Shown: piece by piece, positions 15,101 to 28,200 of the stretch
Numbering within the stretch: position 1 is the stretch's first letter
How the letters are laid out: each line of letters opens with the position of its first letter
The notes under the pieces: model-generated
The model's database searches: none
Told to the model about the DNA's origin: nothing
Seen by the model: only the letters and a program-made list of their open reading frames with translations
Made by a program: the position numbers and the translations under genes
Assembly: GCA_964057225.1 (NCBI GenBank)
Contig: OZ059894.1
Coordinates: 6,572,001 to 6,636,000 of the forward strand
Source of the DNA: Auanema rhodensis
Taxonomy: Eukaryota > Animalia > Nematoda
Reading direction: 5' to 3'
DNA length: 64,000 nucleotides

Positions 15101-18100
15101 CTCAAGCTACTTCTGAAGTTCCATAACTTAATCATACCTTGATTCTTAGGCAACAACAATACTCCACGTTTTCAAGCGCATTTTGAATGATCCACGAATT
15201 GAATTTCATTGGTCATTATGTAAACGCAATGACTGATTATGAAAGGTTCAAGTTATGTCGATATCATATCCGTTGTGGTCTAGTGGTTAGGATTTATGGC
15301 TCTCACCCATAAGGCCGGGGTTCGATTCCCCGCAACGGAATACGTTTTACGCTTTCTTCAAGTTTTTAAATGCTCAAGCTACTTCTGAAGTTCCATAACT
15401 TAATCATACCTTGATTCTTAGGCAACAACAATACTCCACGTTTTCAAGCGCATTTTGAATGATCCACGAATTGAATTTCATTGGTCATCATGTAAACGCA
15501 ATGACTGATTATGAAAGGTTCAAGTTATGTCGATATCATATCCGTTGTGGTCTAGTGGTTAGGATTTATGGCTCTCACCCATAAGGCCGGGGTTCGATTC
15601 CCCGCAACGGAATACGTTTTACGCTGCCTTCAAGTTTTTAAATGATCAAGCTACTTTTGAAGTTCCATAACTTAATCATACCTTGATTCTTAGGCAACAA
15701 CAATACTCCAAGTTTTCAAGCGCATTTTGAATGATCCACGATTTGAACTTCATTGGTCATTATGTAAACGCAATGACTGATTATTAAAGGTTCAAGATAT
15801 GTCGATATCATATCCGTTGTGGTCTAGTGGTTAGGATTTATGGCTCTCACCCATAAGGCCGGGGTTCGATTCCCCGCAACGGAATACGTTTTACGCTTTC
15901 TTCAAGTTTTTAAATGCTCAAGCTACTTCTGAAGTTCCATAACTTAATCATAGATTGATTCTTAGGCAACAACAATACTCCAAGTTTTCAAGCGCATTTT
16001 GAATGATCCACGATTTGAACTTCATTGGTCATTATGTAAACGCAATGACTGATTATTAAAGGTTCAAGATATGTCGATATCATATCCGTTGTGGTCTAGT
16101 GGTTAGGATTTATGGCTCTCACCCATAAGGCCGGGGTTCGATTCCCCGCAACGGAATACGTTTTACGCTTTCTTCAAGTTTTTAAATGCTCAAGCTACTT
16201 CTGAAGTTCCATAACTTAATCATACCTTGATTCTTAGGCAACAACAATACTCCACGTTTTCAAGCGCATTTTGAATGATCCACGAATTGAATTTCATTGG
16301 TCATTATGTAAACGCAATGACTGATTATGAAAGGTTCAAGTTATGTCGATATCATATCCGTTGTGGTCTAGTGGTTAGGATTTATGGCTCTCACCCATAA
16401 GGCCGGGGTTCGATTCCCCGCAACGGAATACGTTTTACGCTGCCTTCAAGTTTTTAAATGATCAAGCTACTTTTGAAGTTCCATAACTTAATCATACCTT
16501 GATTCTTAGGCAACAACAATACTCCACGTTTTCAAGCGCATTTTGAATGATCCACGATTTGAACTTCATTGGTCATCATGTAAACGCAATGACTGATTAT
16601 TAAAGGTTCAAGTTATGTCGATATCATATCCGTTGTGGTCTAGTGGTTAGGATTTATGGCTCTCACCCATAAGGCCGGGGTTCGATTCCCCGCAACGGAA
16701 TACGTTTTACGCTTTCTTCAAGTTTTTAAATGCTCAAGCTACTTCTGAAGTTCCATAACTTAATCATACCTTGATTCTTAGGCAACAACAATACTCCACG
16801 TTTTCAAGCGCATTTTGAATGATCCACGATTTGAACTTCATTGGTCATTATGTAAACGCAATGACTGATTATGAAAGGTTCAAGTTATGTCGATATCATA
16901 TCCGTTGTGGTCTAGTGGTTAGGATTTATGGCTCTCACCCATAAGGCCGGGGTTCGATTCCCCGCAACGGAATACGTTTTACGCTGCCTTCAAGTTTTTA
17001 AATGATCAAGCTACTTTTGAAGTTCCATAACTTAATCATACCTTGATTCTTAGGCAACAACAATACTCCACGTTTTCAAGCGCATTTTGAATGATCCACG
17101 AATTGAATTTCATTGGTCATTATGTAAACGCAATGACTGATTATGAAAGGTTCAAGTTATGTCGATATCATATCCGTTGTGGTCTAGTGGTTAGGATTTA
17201 TGGCTCTCACCCATAAGGCCGGGGTTCGATTCCCCGCAACGGAATACGTTTTACGCTTTCTTCAAGTTTTTAAATGCTCAAGCTACTTCTGAAGTTCCAT
17301 AACTTAATCATACCTTGATTCTTAGGCAACAACAATACTCCAAGTTTTCAAGCGCATTTTGAATGATCCACGAATTGAATTTCATTGGTCATTATGTAAA
17401 CGCAATGACTGATTATGAAAGGTTCAAGATATGTCGATATCATATCCGTTGTGGTCTAGTGGTTAGGATTTATGGCTCTCACCCATAAGGCCGGGGTTCG
17501 ATTCCCCGCAACGGAAAACGTTTTACGCTTTCTTCAAGTTTTTAAATGCTCAAGCTACTTCTGAAGTTCCATAACTTAATCATAGATTGATTCTTAGGCA
17601 ACAACAATACTCCACGTTTTCAAGCGCATTTTGAATGATCCACGAATTGAATTTCATTGGTCATTATGTAAACGCAATGACTGATTATGAAAGGTTCAAG
17701 ATATGTCGATATCATATCCGTTGTGGTCTAGTGGTTAGGATTTATGGCTCTCACCCATAAGGCCGGGGTTCGATTCCCCGCAACGGAATACGTTTTACGC
17801 TTTCTTCAAGTTTTTAAATGCTCAAGCTACTTCTGAAGTTCCATAACTTAATCATACCTTGATTCTTAGGCAACAACAATACTCCACGTTTTCAAGCGCA
17901 TTTTGAATGATCCACGAATTGAATTTCATTGGTCATCATGTAAACGCAATGACTGATTATTAAAGGTTCAAGATATGTCGATATCATATCCGTTGTGGTC
18001 TAGTGGTTAGGATTTATGGCTCTCACCCATAAGGCCGGGGTTCGATTCCCCGCAACGGAATACGTTTTACGCTTTCTTCAAGTTTTTAAATGCTCAAGCT

Positions 18101-21100
18101 ACTTCTGAAGTTCCATAACTTAATCATAGATTGATTCTTAGGCAACAACAATACTCCACGTTTTCAAGCGCATTTTGAATGATCCACGAATTGAATTTCA
18201 TTGGTCATTATGTAAACGCAATGACTGATTATGAAAGGTTCAAGATATGTCGATATCATATCCGTTGTGGTCTAGTGGTTAGGATTTATGGCTCTCACCC
18301 ATAAGGCCGGGGTTCGATTCCCCGCAACGGAAAACGTTTTACGCTTTCTTCAAGTTTTTAAATGCTCAAGCTACTTCTGAAGTTCCATAACTTAATCATA
18401 GATTGATTCTTAGGCAACAACAATACTCCACGTTTTCAAGCGCATTTTGAATGATCCACGAATTGAATTTCATTGGTCATTATGTAAACGCAATGACTGA
18501 TTATGAAAGGTTCAAGATATGTCGATATCATATCCGTTGTGGTCTAGTGGTTAGGATTTATGGCTCTCACCCATAAGGCCGGGGTTCGATTCCCCGCAAC
18601 GGAATACGTTTTACGCTTTCTTCAAGTTTTTAAATGCTCAAGCTACTTCTGAAGTTCCATAACTTAATCATACCTTGATTCTTAGGCAACAACAATACTC
18701 CACGTTTTCAAGCGCATTTTGAATGATCCACGAATTGAATTTCATTGGTCATCATGTAAACGCAATGACTGATTATTAAAGGTTCAAGATATGTCGATAT
18801 CATATCCGTTGTGGTCTAGTGGTTAGGATTTATGGCTCTCACCCATAAGGCCGGGGTTCGATTCCCCGCAACGGAATACGTTTTACGCTTTCTTCAAGTT
18901 TTTAAATGCTCAAGCTACTTCTGAAGTTCCATAACTTAATCATAGATTGATTCTTAGGCAACAACAATACTCCACGTTTTCAAGCGCATTTTGAATGATC
19001 CACGAATTGAATTTCATTGGTCATCATGTAAACGCAATGACTGATTATTAAAGGTTCAAGATATGTGGATATCATATCCGTTGTGGTCTAGTGGTTAGGA
19101 TTTATGGCTCTCACCCATAAGGCCGGGGTTCGATTCCCCGCAACAGAAAACGTTTTACGCTTTCTTCAAGTTTTTAAATGCTCAAGCTACTTCTGAAGTT
19201 CCATAACTTAATCATACCTTGATTCTTAGGCAACAACAATACTCCACGTTTTCAAGCGCATTTTGAATGATCAACGAATTGAATTTCATTGGTCATCATG
19301 TAAACGCAATGACTGATTATTAAAGGTTCAAGTTATGTCGATATCATATCCGTTGTGGTCTAGTGGTTAGGATTTATGGCTCTCACCCATAAGGCCGGGG
19401 TTCGATTCCCCGCAACGGAATACGTTTTACGCTTTCTTCAAGTTTTTAAATGCTCAAGCTACTTCTGAAGTTTCATAACTTAATCATACCTTGATTCTTA
19501 GGCAACAACAATACTCCACGTTTTCAAGCGCATTTTGAATGATCCACGAATTGAATTTCATTGGTCATCATGTAAACGCAATGACTGATTATTAAAGGTT
19601 GAAGTTATGTCGATATCATATCCGTTGTGGTCTAGTGGTTAGGATTTATGGCTCTCACCCATAAGGCCGGGGTTCGATTCCCCGCAACGGAATACGTTTT
19701 ACGCTTTCTTCAAGTTTTTAAATGCTCAAGCTACTTCTGAAGTTCCATAACTTAATCATACCTTGATTCTTAGGCAACAACAATACTCCACGTTTTCAAG
19801 CGCATTTTGAATGATCCACGAATTGAATTTCATTGGTCATCATGTAAACGCAATGACTGATTATTAAAGGTTCAAGATATGTCGATATCATATCCGTTGT
19901 GGTCTAGTGGTTAGGATTTATGGCTCTCACCCATAAGGCCGGGGTTCGATTCCCCGCAACGGAATACGTTTTACGCTTTCTTCAAGTTTTTAAATGCTCA
20001 AGCTACTTCTGAAGTTTCATAACTTAATCATACCTTGATTCTTAGGCAACAACAATACTCCACGTTTTCAAGCGCATTTTGAATGATCCACGAATTGAAT
20101 TTCATTGGTCATCATGTAAACGCAATGACTGATTATTAAAGGTTCAAGATATGTCGATATCATATCCGTTGTGGTCTAGTGGTTAGGATTTATGGCTCTC
20201 ACCCATAAGGCCGGGGTTCGATTCCCCGCAACAGAAAACGTTTTACGCTTTCTTCAAGTTTTTAAATGCTCAAGCTACTTCTGAAGTTCCATAACTTAAT
20301 CATACCTTGATTCTTAGGCAACAACAATACTCCACGTTTTCAAGCGCATTTTGAATGATCCACGAATTGAATTTCATTGGTCATCATGTAAACGCAATGA
20401 CTGATTATTAAAGGTTCAAGATATGTCGATATCATATCCGTTGTGGTCTAGTGGTTAGGATTTATGGCTCTCACCCATAAGGCCGGGGTTCGATTCCCCG
20501 CAACGGAATACGTTTTACGCTTTCTTCAAGTTTTTAAATGCTCAAGCTACTTCTGAAGTTCCATAACTTAATCATACCTTGATTCTTAGGCAACAACAAT
20601 ACTCCACGTTTTCAAGCGCATTTTGAATGATCCACGAATTGAATTTCATTGGTCATCATGTAAACGCAATGACTGATTATTAAAGGTTCAAGATATGTCG
20701 ATATCATATCCGTTGTGGTCTAGTGGTTAGGATTTATGGCTCTCACCCATAAGGCCGGGGTTCGATTCCCCGCAACAGAAAACGTTTTACGCTTTCTTCA
20801 AGTTTTTAAATGCTCAAGCTACTTCTGAAGTTCCATAACTTAATCATACCTTGATTCTTAGGCAACAACAATACTCCACGTTTTCAAGCGCATTTTGAAT
20901 GATCAACGAATTGAATTTCATTGGTCATCATGTAAACGCAATGACTGATTATTAAAGGTTCAAGTTATGTCGATATCATATCCGTTGTGGTCTAGTGGTT
21001 AGGATTTATGGCTCTCACCCATAAGGCCGGGGTTCGATTCCCCGCAACGGAATACGTTTTACGCTTTCTTCAAGTTTTTAAATGCTCAAGCTACTTCTGA

Positions 21101-23961
21101 AGTTTCATAACTTAATCATACCTTGATTCTTAGGCAACAACAATACTCCACGTTTTCAAGCGCATTTTGAATGATCCACGAATTGAATTTCATTGGTCAT
21201 CATGTAAACGCAATGACTGATTATTAAAGGTTGAAGTTATGTCGATATCATATCCGTTGTGGTCTAGTGGTTAGGATTTATGGCTCTCACCCATAAGGCC
21301 GGGGTTCGATTCCCCGCAACGGAATACGTTTTACGCTTTCTTCAAGTTTTTAAATGCTCAAGCTACTTCTGAAGTTCCATAACTTAATCATACCTTGATT
21401 CTTAGGCAACAACAATACTCCACGTTTTCAAGCGCATTTTGAATGATCCACGAATTGAATTTCATTGGTCATCATGTAAACGCAATGACTGATTATTAAA
21501 GGTTCAAGATATGTCGATATCATATCCGTTGTGGTCTAGTGGTTAGGATTTATGGCTCTCACCCATAAGGCCGGGGTTCGATTCCCCGCAACGGAATACG
21601 TTTTACGCTTTCTTCAAGTTTTTAAATGCTCAAGCTACTTCTGAAGTTCCATAACTTAATCATAGATTGATTCTTAGGCAACAACAATACTCCACGTTTT
21701 CAAGCGCATTTTGAATGATCCACGAATTGAATTTCATTGGTCATCATGTAAACGCAATGACTGATTATTAAAGGTTCAAGATATGTCGATATCATATCCG
21801 TTGTGGTCTAGTGGTTAGGATTTATGGCTCTCACCCATAAGGCCGGGGTTCGATTCCCCGCAACGGAATACGTTTTACGCTTTCTTCAAGTTTTTAAATG
21901 CTCAAGCTACTTCTGAAGTTCCATAACTTAATCATAGATTGATTCTTAGGCAACAACAATACTCCACGTTTTCAAGCGCATTTTGAATGATCCACGATTT
22001 GAACTTCATTGGTCATTATGTAAACGCAATGACTGATTATTAAAGGTTCAAGTTATGTCGATATCATATCCGTTGTGGTCTAGTGGTTAGGATTTATGGC
22101 TCTCACCCATAAGGCCGGGGTTCGATTCCCCGCAACGGAATACGTTTTAAGTTTTTAAATGATCAAGCTACTTCTGAAGTTCCATAACTTAATCATACCT
22201 TGATTCTTAGGGAACAACAATACTCCACGTTTTCAAGCGCATTTTGAATGATCCACGAATTGAATTTCATTGGTCATCATGTAAACGCAATGACTGATTA
22301 TTAAAGGTTCAAGTTATGTCGATATCATATCCGTTGTGGTCTAGTGGTTAGGATTTATGGCTCTCACCCATAAGGCCGGGGTTCGATTCCCCGCAACGGA
22401 ACACGTTTTACGCTTTCTTCAAGTTTTTAAATGCTCAAGCTACTTCTGAAGTTCCATAACTTAATCATACCTTGATTCTTAGGCAACAACAATACTCCAC
22501 GTTTTCAAGCGCATTTTGAATGATCCACGAATTGAATTTCATTGGTCATCATGTAAACGCAATGACTGATTATTAAAGGTTCAAGTTATGTCGATATCAT
22601 ATCCGTTGTGGTCTAGTGGTTAGGATTTATGGCTCTCACCCATAAGGCCGGGGTTCGATTCCCCGCAACGGAATACGTTTTACGCTTTCTTCAAGTTTTT
22701 AAATGCTCAAGCTACTTCTGAAGTTCCATAACTTAATCATACCTTGATTCTTAGGCAACAACAATACTCCACGTTTTCAAGCGCATTTTGAATGATCCAC
22801 GAATTGAATTTCATTGGTCATTATGTAAACGCAATGACTGATTATGAAAGGTTCAAGTTATGTCGATATCATATCCGTTGTGGTCTAGTGGTTAGGATTT
22901 ATGGCTCTCACCCATAAGGCCGGGGTTCGATTCCCCGCAACGGAATACGTTTTACGCTTTCTTCAAGTTTTTAAATGCTCAAGCTACTTCTGAAGTTTCA
23001 TAACTTAATCATACCTTGATTCTTAGGCAACAACAATACTCCACGTTTTCAAGCGCATTTTGAATGATCCACGAATTGAATTTCATTGGTCATTATGTAA
23101 ACGCAATGACTGATTATTAAAGGTTCAAGTTATGTCGATATCATATCCGTTGTGGTCTAGTGGTTAGGATTTATGGCTCTCACCCATAAGGCCGGGGTTC
23201 GATTCCCCGCAACGGAATACGTTTTACGCTTTCTTCAAGTTTTTAAATGCTCAAGCTACTTCTGAAGTTCCATAACTTAATCATAGATTGATTCTTAGGC
23301 AACAACAATACTCCACGTTTTCAAGCGCATTTTGAATGATCCACGAATTGAATTTCATTGGTCATCATGTAAACGCAATGACTGATTATTAAAGGTTGAA
23401 GTTATGTCGATATCATATCCGTTGTGGTCTAGTGGTTAGGATTTATGGCTCTCACCCATAAGGCCGGGGTTCGATTCCCCGCAACGGAATACGTTTTACG
23501 CTTTCTTCAAGTTTTTAAATGCTCAAGCTACTTCTGAAGTTCCATAACTTAATCATACCTTGATTCTTAGGCAACAACAATACTCCACGTTTTCAAGCGC
23601 ATTTTGAATGATCCACGAATTGAATTTCATTGGTCATCATGTAAACGCAATGACTGATTATTAAAGGTTCAAGATATGTCGATATCATATCCGTTGTGGT
23701 CTAGTGGTTAGGATTTATGGCTCTCACCCATAAGGCCGGGGTTCGATTCCCCGCAACGGAATACGTTTTACGCTTTCTTCAAGTTTTTAAATGCTCAAGC
23801 TACTTCTGAAGTTCCATAACTTAATCATAGATTGATTCTTAGGCAACAACAATACTCCACGTTTTCAAGCGCATTTTGAATGATCCACGAATTGAATTTC
23901 ATTGGTCATCATGTAAACGCAATGACTGATTATTAAAGGTTCAAGATATGTCGATATCATA

Positions 23962-24033
23962 TCCGTTGTGGTCTAGTGGTTAGGATTTATGGCTCTCACC
24001 CATAAGGCCGGGGTTCGATTCCCCGCAACGGAA
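23962..24033 (+). tRNA. trnE: tRNA-Glu(CTC), last copy before element A
   Basis: Identical to consensus copy. Confidence 0.97.
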
Positions 24034-24132
24034 TACGTTTTACGCTTTCTTCAAGTTTTTAAATGCTCAAGCTACTTCTGAAGTTCCATAACTTAATCAT
24101 AGATTGATTCTTAGGCAACAACAATACTCCAC

Positions 24133-24136
24133 GTTT
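24133..24136. repeat. 4-bp target site duplication GTTT of element A (partner 36208-36211)
   Basis: Empty site CTCCAC-GTTT-TCAAG; GTTT occurs on both sides of the insertion. Confidence 0.92.
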
Positions 24137-24502
24137 CGTTCCATTATGCTCCTACGTATATTGAACAGACCATTGTAGTCTGCTCAACTACGCGTATAGT
24201 ATTCCATAAGTGTAGCGGTATGGAAACAGAGCATAAGGATTACATAAGATAAGGAAATATATAGGTTTATTATACACAATACAATATCATTACAATACAT
24301 TAACACAAGGATAAAGTAAACTACATTTACAAGACAAAGACTAATATATAAGATTAACTAAGTTAGATGCAAACCGTCCATGGGCTTGCAAAGGGGCGAA
24401 CTCCCGAATAGGGGCATGAGGGAAGGCGGTGCCATTCCTCATTCCTCTAGTCGGTCTGGCTCTAACCCTGCAGTTACATATATAGAGTCTCCGAATGGAA
24501 CG
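24137..24502 (-). repeat. Element A 3' LTR (366 bp)
   Basis: Direct repeat of 35842-36207, no difference seen by eye; 9-bp terminal inverted repeat CGTTCCATT...AATGGAACG; AATAAA on - strand at 24266-24271. Confidence 0.96.
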
Positions 24503-24504
24503 TG

Positions 24505-24513
24505 CCCTTTTTC
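24505..24513 (-). promoter_or_regulatory. Polypurine tract of element A
   Basis: - strand GAAAAAGGG ending 2 nt before the 3' LTR. Confidence 0.8.
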
Positions 24514-25206
24514 AAAGATTGTCGCGACCTCGCGATATTTTAAACAAAAATTTGGGCTTATATGTAACTGAGTTTTAGAGTTCAATTGTTTTAGCTTCAC
24601 AATAACTATAGTATGATAGAGTTTTAGTTAGTATACAAACAAAATTACAATAATTTATAAGAAGGGTTCAATATAATATGAAGGGACGATGAATTAGAAT
24701 ATTATTAATTTCATAAATTAATTATCTTAATATTCAAGCATTTCCTAATAGAGATTGTAGAATAAAGGGGCTAGTAATGAATGGGAATATGTTATTATTT
24801 TGACTAATGGTCTCAAGAAGTACTCATTTCTAAATTGAACCGAGATTATGATTTAATAATGTGTCTCCATATGTCTCCCAGAGTGAATCCTTGATTACTA
24901 ATGGAGACTACCACTTAAGATGAAATTGTGGTTGATACGCCTACCAGTGTTCATCTCATCTTATTTGGAGAGGCACATGGAGCTCGGATGGTTGTCAAAA
25001 TGTCCTCTAGTCCGCATAGGATTACGGTAACTTGGAACCATTAGTCATAACATCTCCTCGTTTAGAATTTGCCTTATTTTTCCTTTCTCAATCTCTATTA
25101 AATGCTATTTTTATTTTGAATGTTATTTAGCATTAATTTTTTTTTTTTTTTTTAATTCATCGTTATTTTGTTACAATAATTTAAATAACGTAGCATTATC
25201 TTGTTG

Positions 25207-28200
25207 TTATTCTTCTTCATTCCTCGGAAGCCATATTTCGTCTTCATTTTCATCTTCTGGCTCTGTATCTATGCTATCCTTGTTGTTCCTGTTGATCACT
25301 TCTATTATTTCGATGTCGCTATCTTCTTCTGCTTGACTTTCTCGAAACCTTGCGCGAGTGTTGTAAGAGATGTTTTGTGAAGCAGGAGAGAAGATTTTCA
25401 AGTTATCTTTGTGGATATCTTGTAGTTTTCCTGATGAATTTCTGATTTGAACTTTTGATCCTTCTACGTTGATGACTTCGCATGGTCCATCATAGCTTTT
25501 CCGAAGCTTTTGGCCGATTTGGTGTGATTTTATAGTCGTCATCACCATGTCGCCCGGTTGAATGTCTCTATGGTGTGCTCTTTGCGTTCTATCTTTCTTC
25601 TTTTTCGCATTTTCTTGATTTTTAGCTATGCGGTTCTTTATTATTTCGTCTCTCTTGTCCATATCTGGTCTTCTTTGGAGTAATTCTTCAGAAATTTCTT
25701 GAATTTTGGTGATCGTTTCTGGTAATTCAGCGTCCATTGACATTCTGCATTCTTTACCGAATAATGCAATGTATGGCGCAATCCCTGTAGTCGCGTGCTG
25801 AATATTGTTAATAGCAAAAGTGATTTTTGGTAATACAGTATCCCAGTCACTAAGGTCCTCTTTTAAGTAGTGGGTTAATCCTTCTTCGAGGGTTCGGTGA
25901 AGTCTTTCCACTTGTCCATTTGAGTTCTTTTGGTGTGGTAGTGTTGGTTCATGTTTGATTCCAAGTTTAGTACACATTTCTTCGAACTTTTTAGATACAA
26001 AGTTTGAACCTCTATCGGTGATCAAGCGATGGGGTGGTCCAAAAATGTAAACGAAATGTCTTAGAAATCGATCAATTGTGATTTCCGTTGTTATTTGTGG
26101 TACAGCAATTGTTGTTGACCATTTTGTAAATGCGTCTTGCATGGTAATGACGTAGGTACAGTTTCTTTTTGAAGGGGGAAATGGTCCCATTACGTCCATG
26201 TGGACTCGTTCAAATGGCTTGCTTGGTATCTCAAAATGACCTATTGGTTGTACCGTCATGGAATGTGGATCTTTTTTTCTTTGAGCACATTTAATGCAGT
26301 TCTTGATGAATATAGTAATGTCGTTCTGCATATTTGTCCAATAGAATCTTCTTAGAATTGCTTCTTTTGTTTTAATAATTCCTTGATGTGCTGCAATTGT
26401 AGGATCCTCATGAAAAACTTTGATTATTTCCTCAATTATGGGGTGTTCTTGTGGTATTACGATAGCGGGTTGTGGCTTTTTGTCTGTTGGTTTTGTATAG
26501 AGCAAGTCATTTATGACACAATATCTGTCATTAGCTGTCATGTTCTTTTGTGCTCTATATTCAATCTCCGCTATCGTCCGTTTAATCCAAGGGGTGCTTA
26601 GTTGAATTTCCTTTATTGTTGGTGTATTTATGGCGTTAATGTGAATTTCTTCCATTTTCTTCTTCTTTGTTTCCGGCTTAGCATCGTTAGCTTCTTCACC
26701 TATATATCGAGATAGAGCATCGCATACTTTATTTAATTGGCCTGCGCGATATTTTATTTCAATATCATATTCTTGGATGACCAGCTGGAACTTCGCAAGA
26801 CGACCAAATAAGTCTCTGCGTGTCATTAAGCTGGTAAGAGGTCGATGGTCCGTAATACATATAGTATGAGTTCCAAGAATGTATGTACGGAATTGATTTA
26901 ATGCATATACAAGGCCTAATGCTTCTATCTCGATTGGTGCGTAGTTACGTTCGGCTTTAACTAGTTTTCTGCTTGCAAATGCGATAGGGTGTAGATTTTT
27001 CAGAGGTTGTTTTGGATCTTCCGGTTGTAATAATACAGCACCTATGGCGATGTTACTACCGTCGCTTTCAACTATAAACAAGCGGTCCGATTTAGGTGGG
27101 CTTAAAACGGGTGCCTGTATTAAACTTCTTTTAAGGAGGTCTAAAGCTTCTTGATGTTTGTTTTCCCATTTGAATTCAGTATCTGCCTTTGTCAGATCGT
27201 ATAAAGGGCTTGCGATACGTGCAAAATCTTTCATGAATTTGCGAAAGAATCCAACCATTCCCAAGAATGCTCGTACACCTGTTGCATTCTTTGGTGCCGG
27301 ATAATCTTGTATGGCGGCGACTTTTTGAGGGTCAGGTTTTATACCTTGACGTCCTACAATAAGTCCTAGAAATTTCACTTCTGGTTGAGCAAAAGCGCAT
27401 TTCTTAAGCTTTATCTTCATTCCCAATTCTTCTACTGCTTGCAGTAAATCATCGATATCTTTGAGATGTTGTTCTCTTGTATCAGATATAACTAATAGAT
27501 CGTCCAAATAAACAAATAGTTTACAAGAACATTTACTTTGCAAATACCTTACTGCTGTTTGAAAGGTATGAGGGGCTCCACAAAGGCCCATCGGCATCCG
27601 TTTGTACTGGTATGTGCCGGATGTGGTCGTAAATGCTGTTAGTGGTCGATCTGATTTTCTCAAGGATATTTGAAAAAATCCTGACACTAAATCGAAGTTT
27701 GAGAAAAATTGGGCGCCTGCTGCCAAATCAACTATGTCAGAAATGCTTGGAATGACATAAGTTTGCTTGCGTGTGACATTATTTAAAGCTCGAAAATCTG
27801 TCACAAACCTATACGTGTCATCTTTCTTCTTAACTAGTACTACAGGGCTATTAAATAGAGATGTAGAAGGCTCTATTATGCCTTGCTCAAGCATTTCTTT
27901 GACTTGTTTTTCAATTTCTTCCTGTTTTCCTAAGGGAATACGTGTTATTCTCGGCTTTGGCATATCCATATCTGTTCTCAATGGTATGGTATGCTCTATA
28001 GGACCTTTAAATAAGCCTATTTTCCTGTCCTCGTTAAGAAATGCCTCACGATGGCTTTCAATTATTTTTGTAAGCTCATGTTTTTCTTCTTTCGTGAGAT
28101 CAGCATTCTCTAGATCAAGATCTTTTATGAAGTCTCTTGGAAAATATGGTAGTTTACTCTCCCAATCGGCCTCTGGCGGAACATATGGTAGAATTGGCTT

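Larger units (their letters stand above)
1..24136 (+). repeat. Tandem array of 271-272 bp units, each with one tRNA-Glu(CTC) gene (~89 copies; left arm, continues beyond window)
   Basis: tRNA starts at 50, 322, 593 ... 23962; 23912 bp = 88 periods of 272 minus small indels; spacers differ only by a few recurrent SNPs/indels. Confidence 0.98.

Noticed and set aside
1-24136. CRISPR-like repeat/spacer periodicity
   Set aside because: Spacers are near-identical, the conserved part is a eukaryotic tRNA gene, and no cas genes are present
24380-24571. 63-aa ORFs starting in element A LTRs (also 36085-36276, 36046-36249, 35647-35883)
   Set aside because: They cross LTR boundaries into different flanks, so no conserved product; lengths are consistent with chance
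24503-25206. 700-bp 3' region of element A as a possible env remnant or extra gene
   Set aside because: AT-rich with only very short ORFs and a poly-T run; treated as 3' UTR
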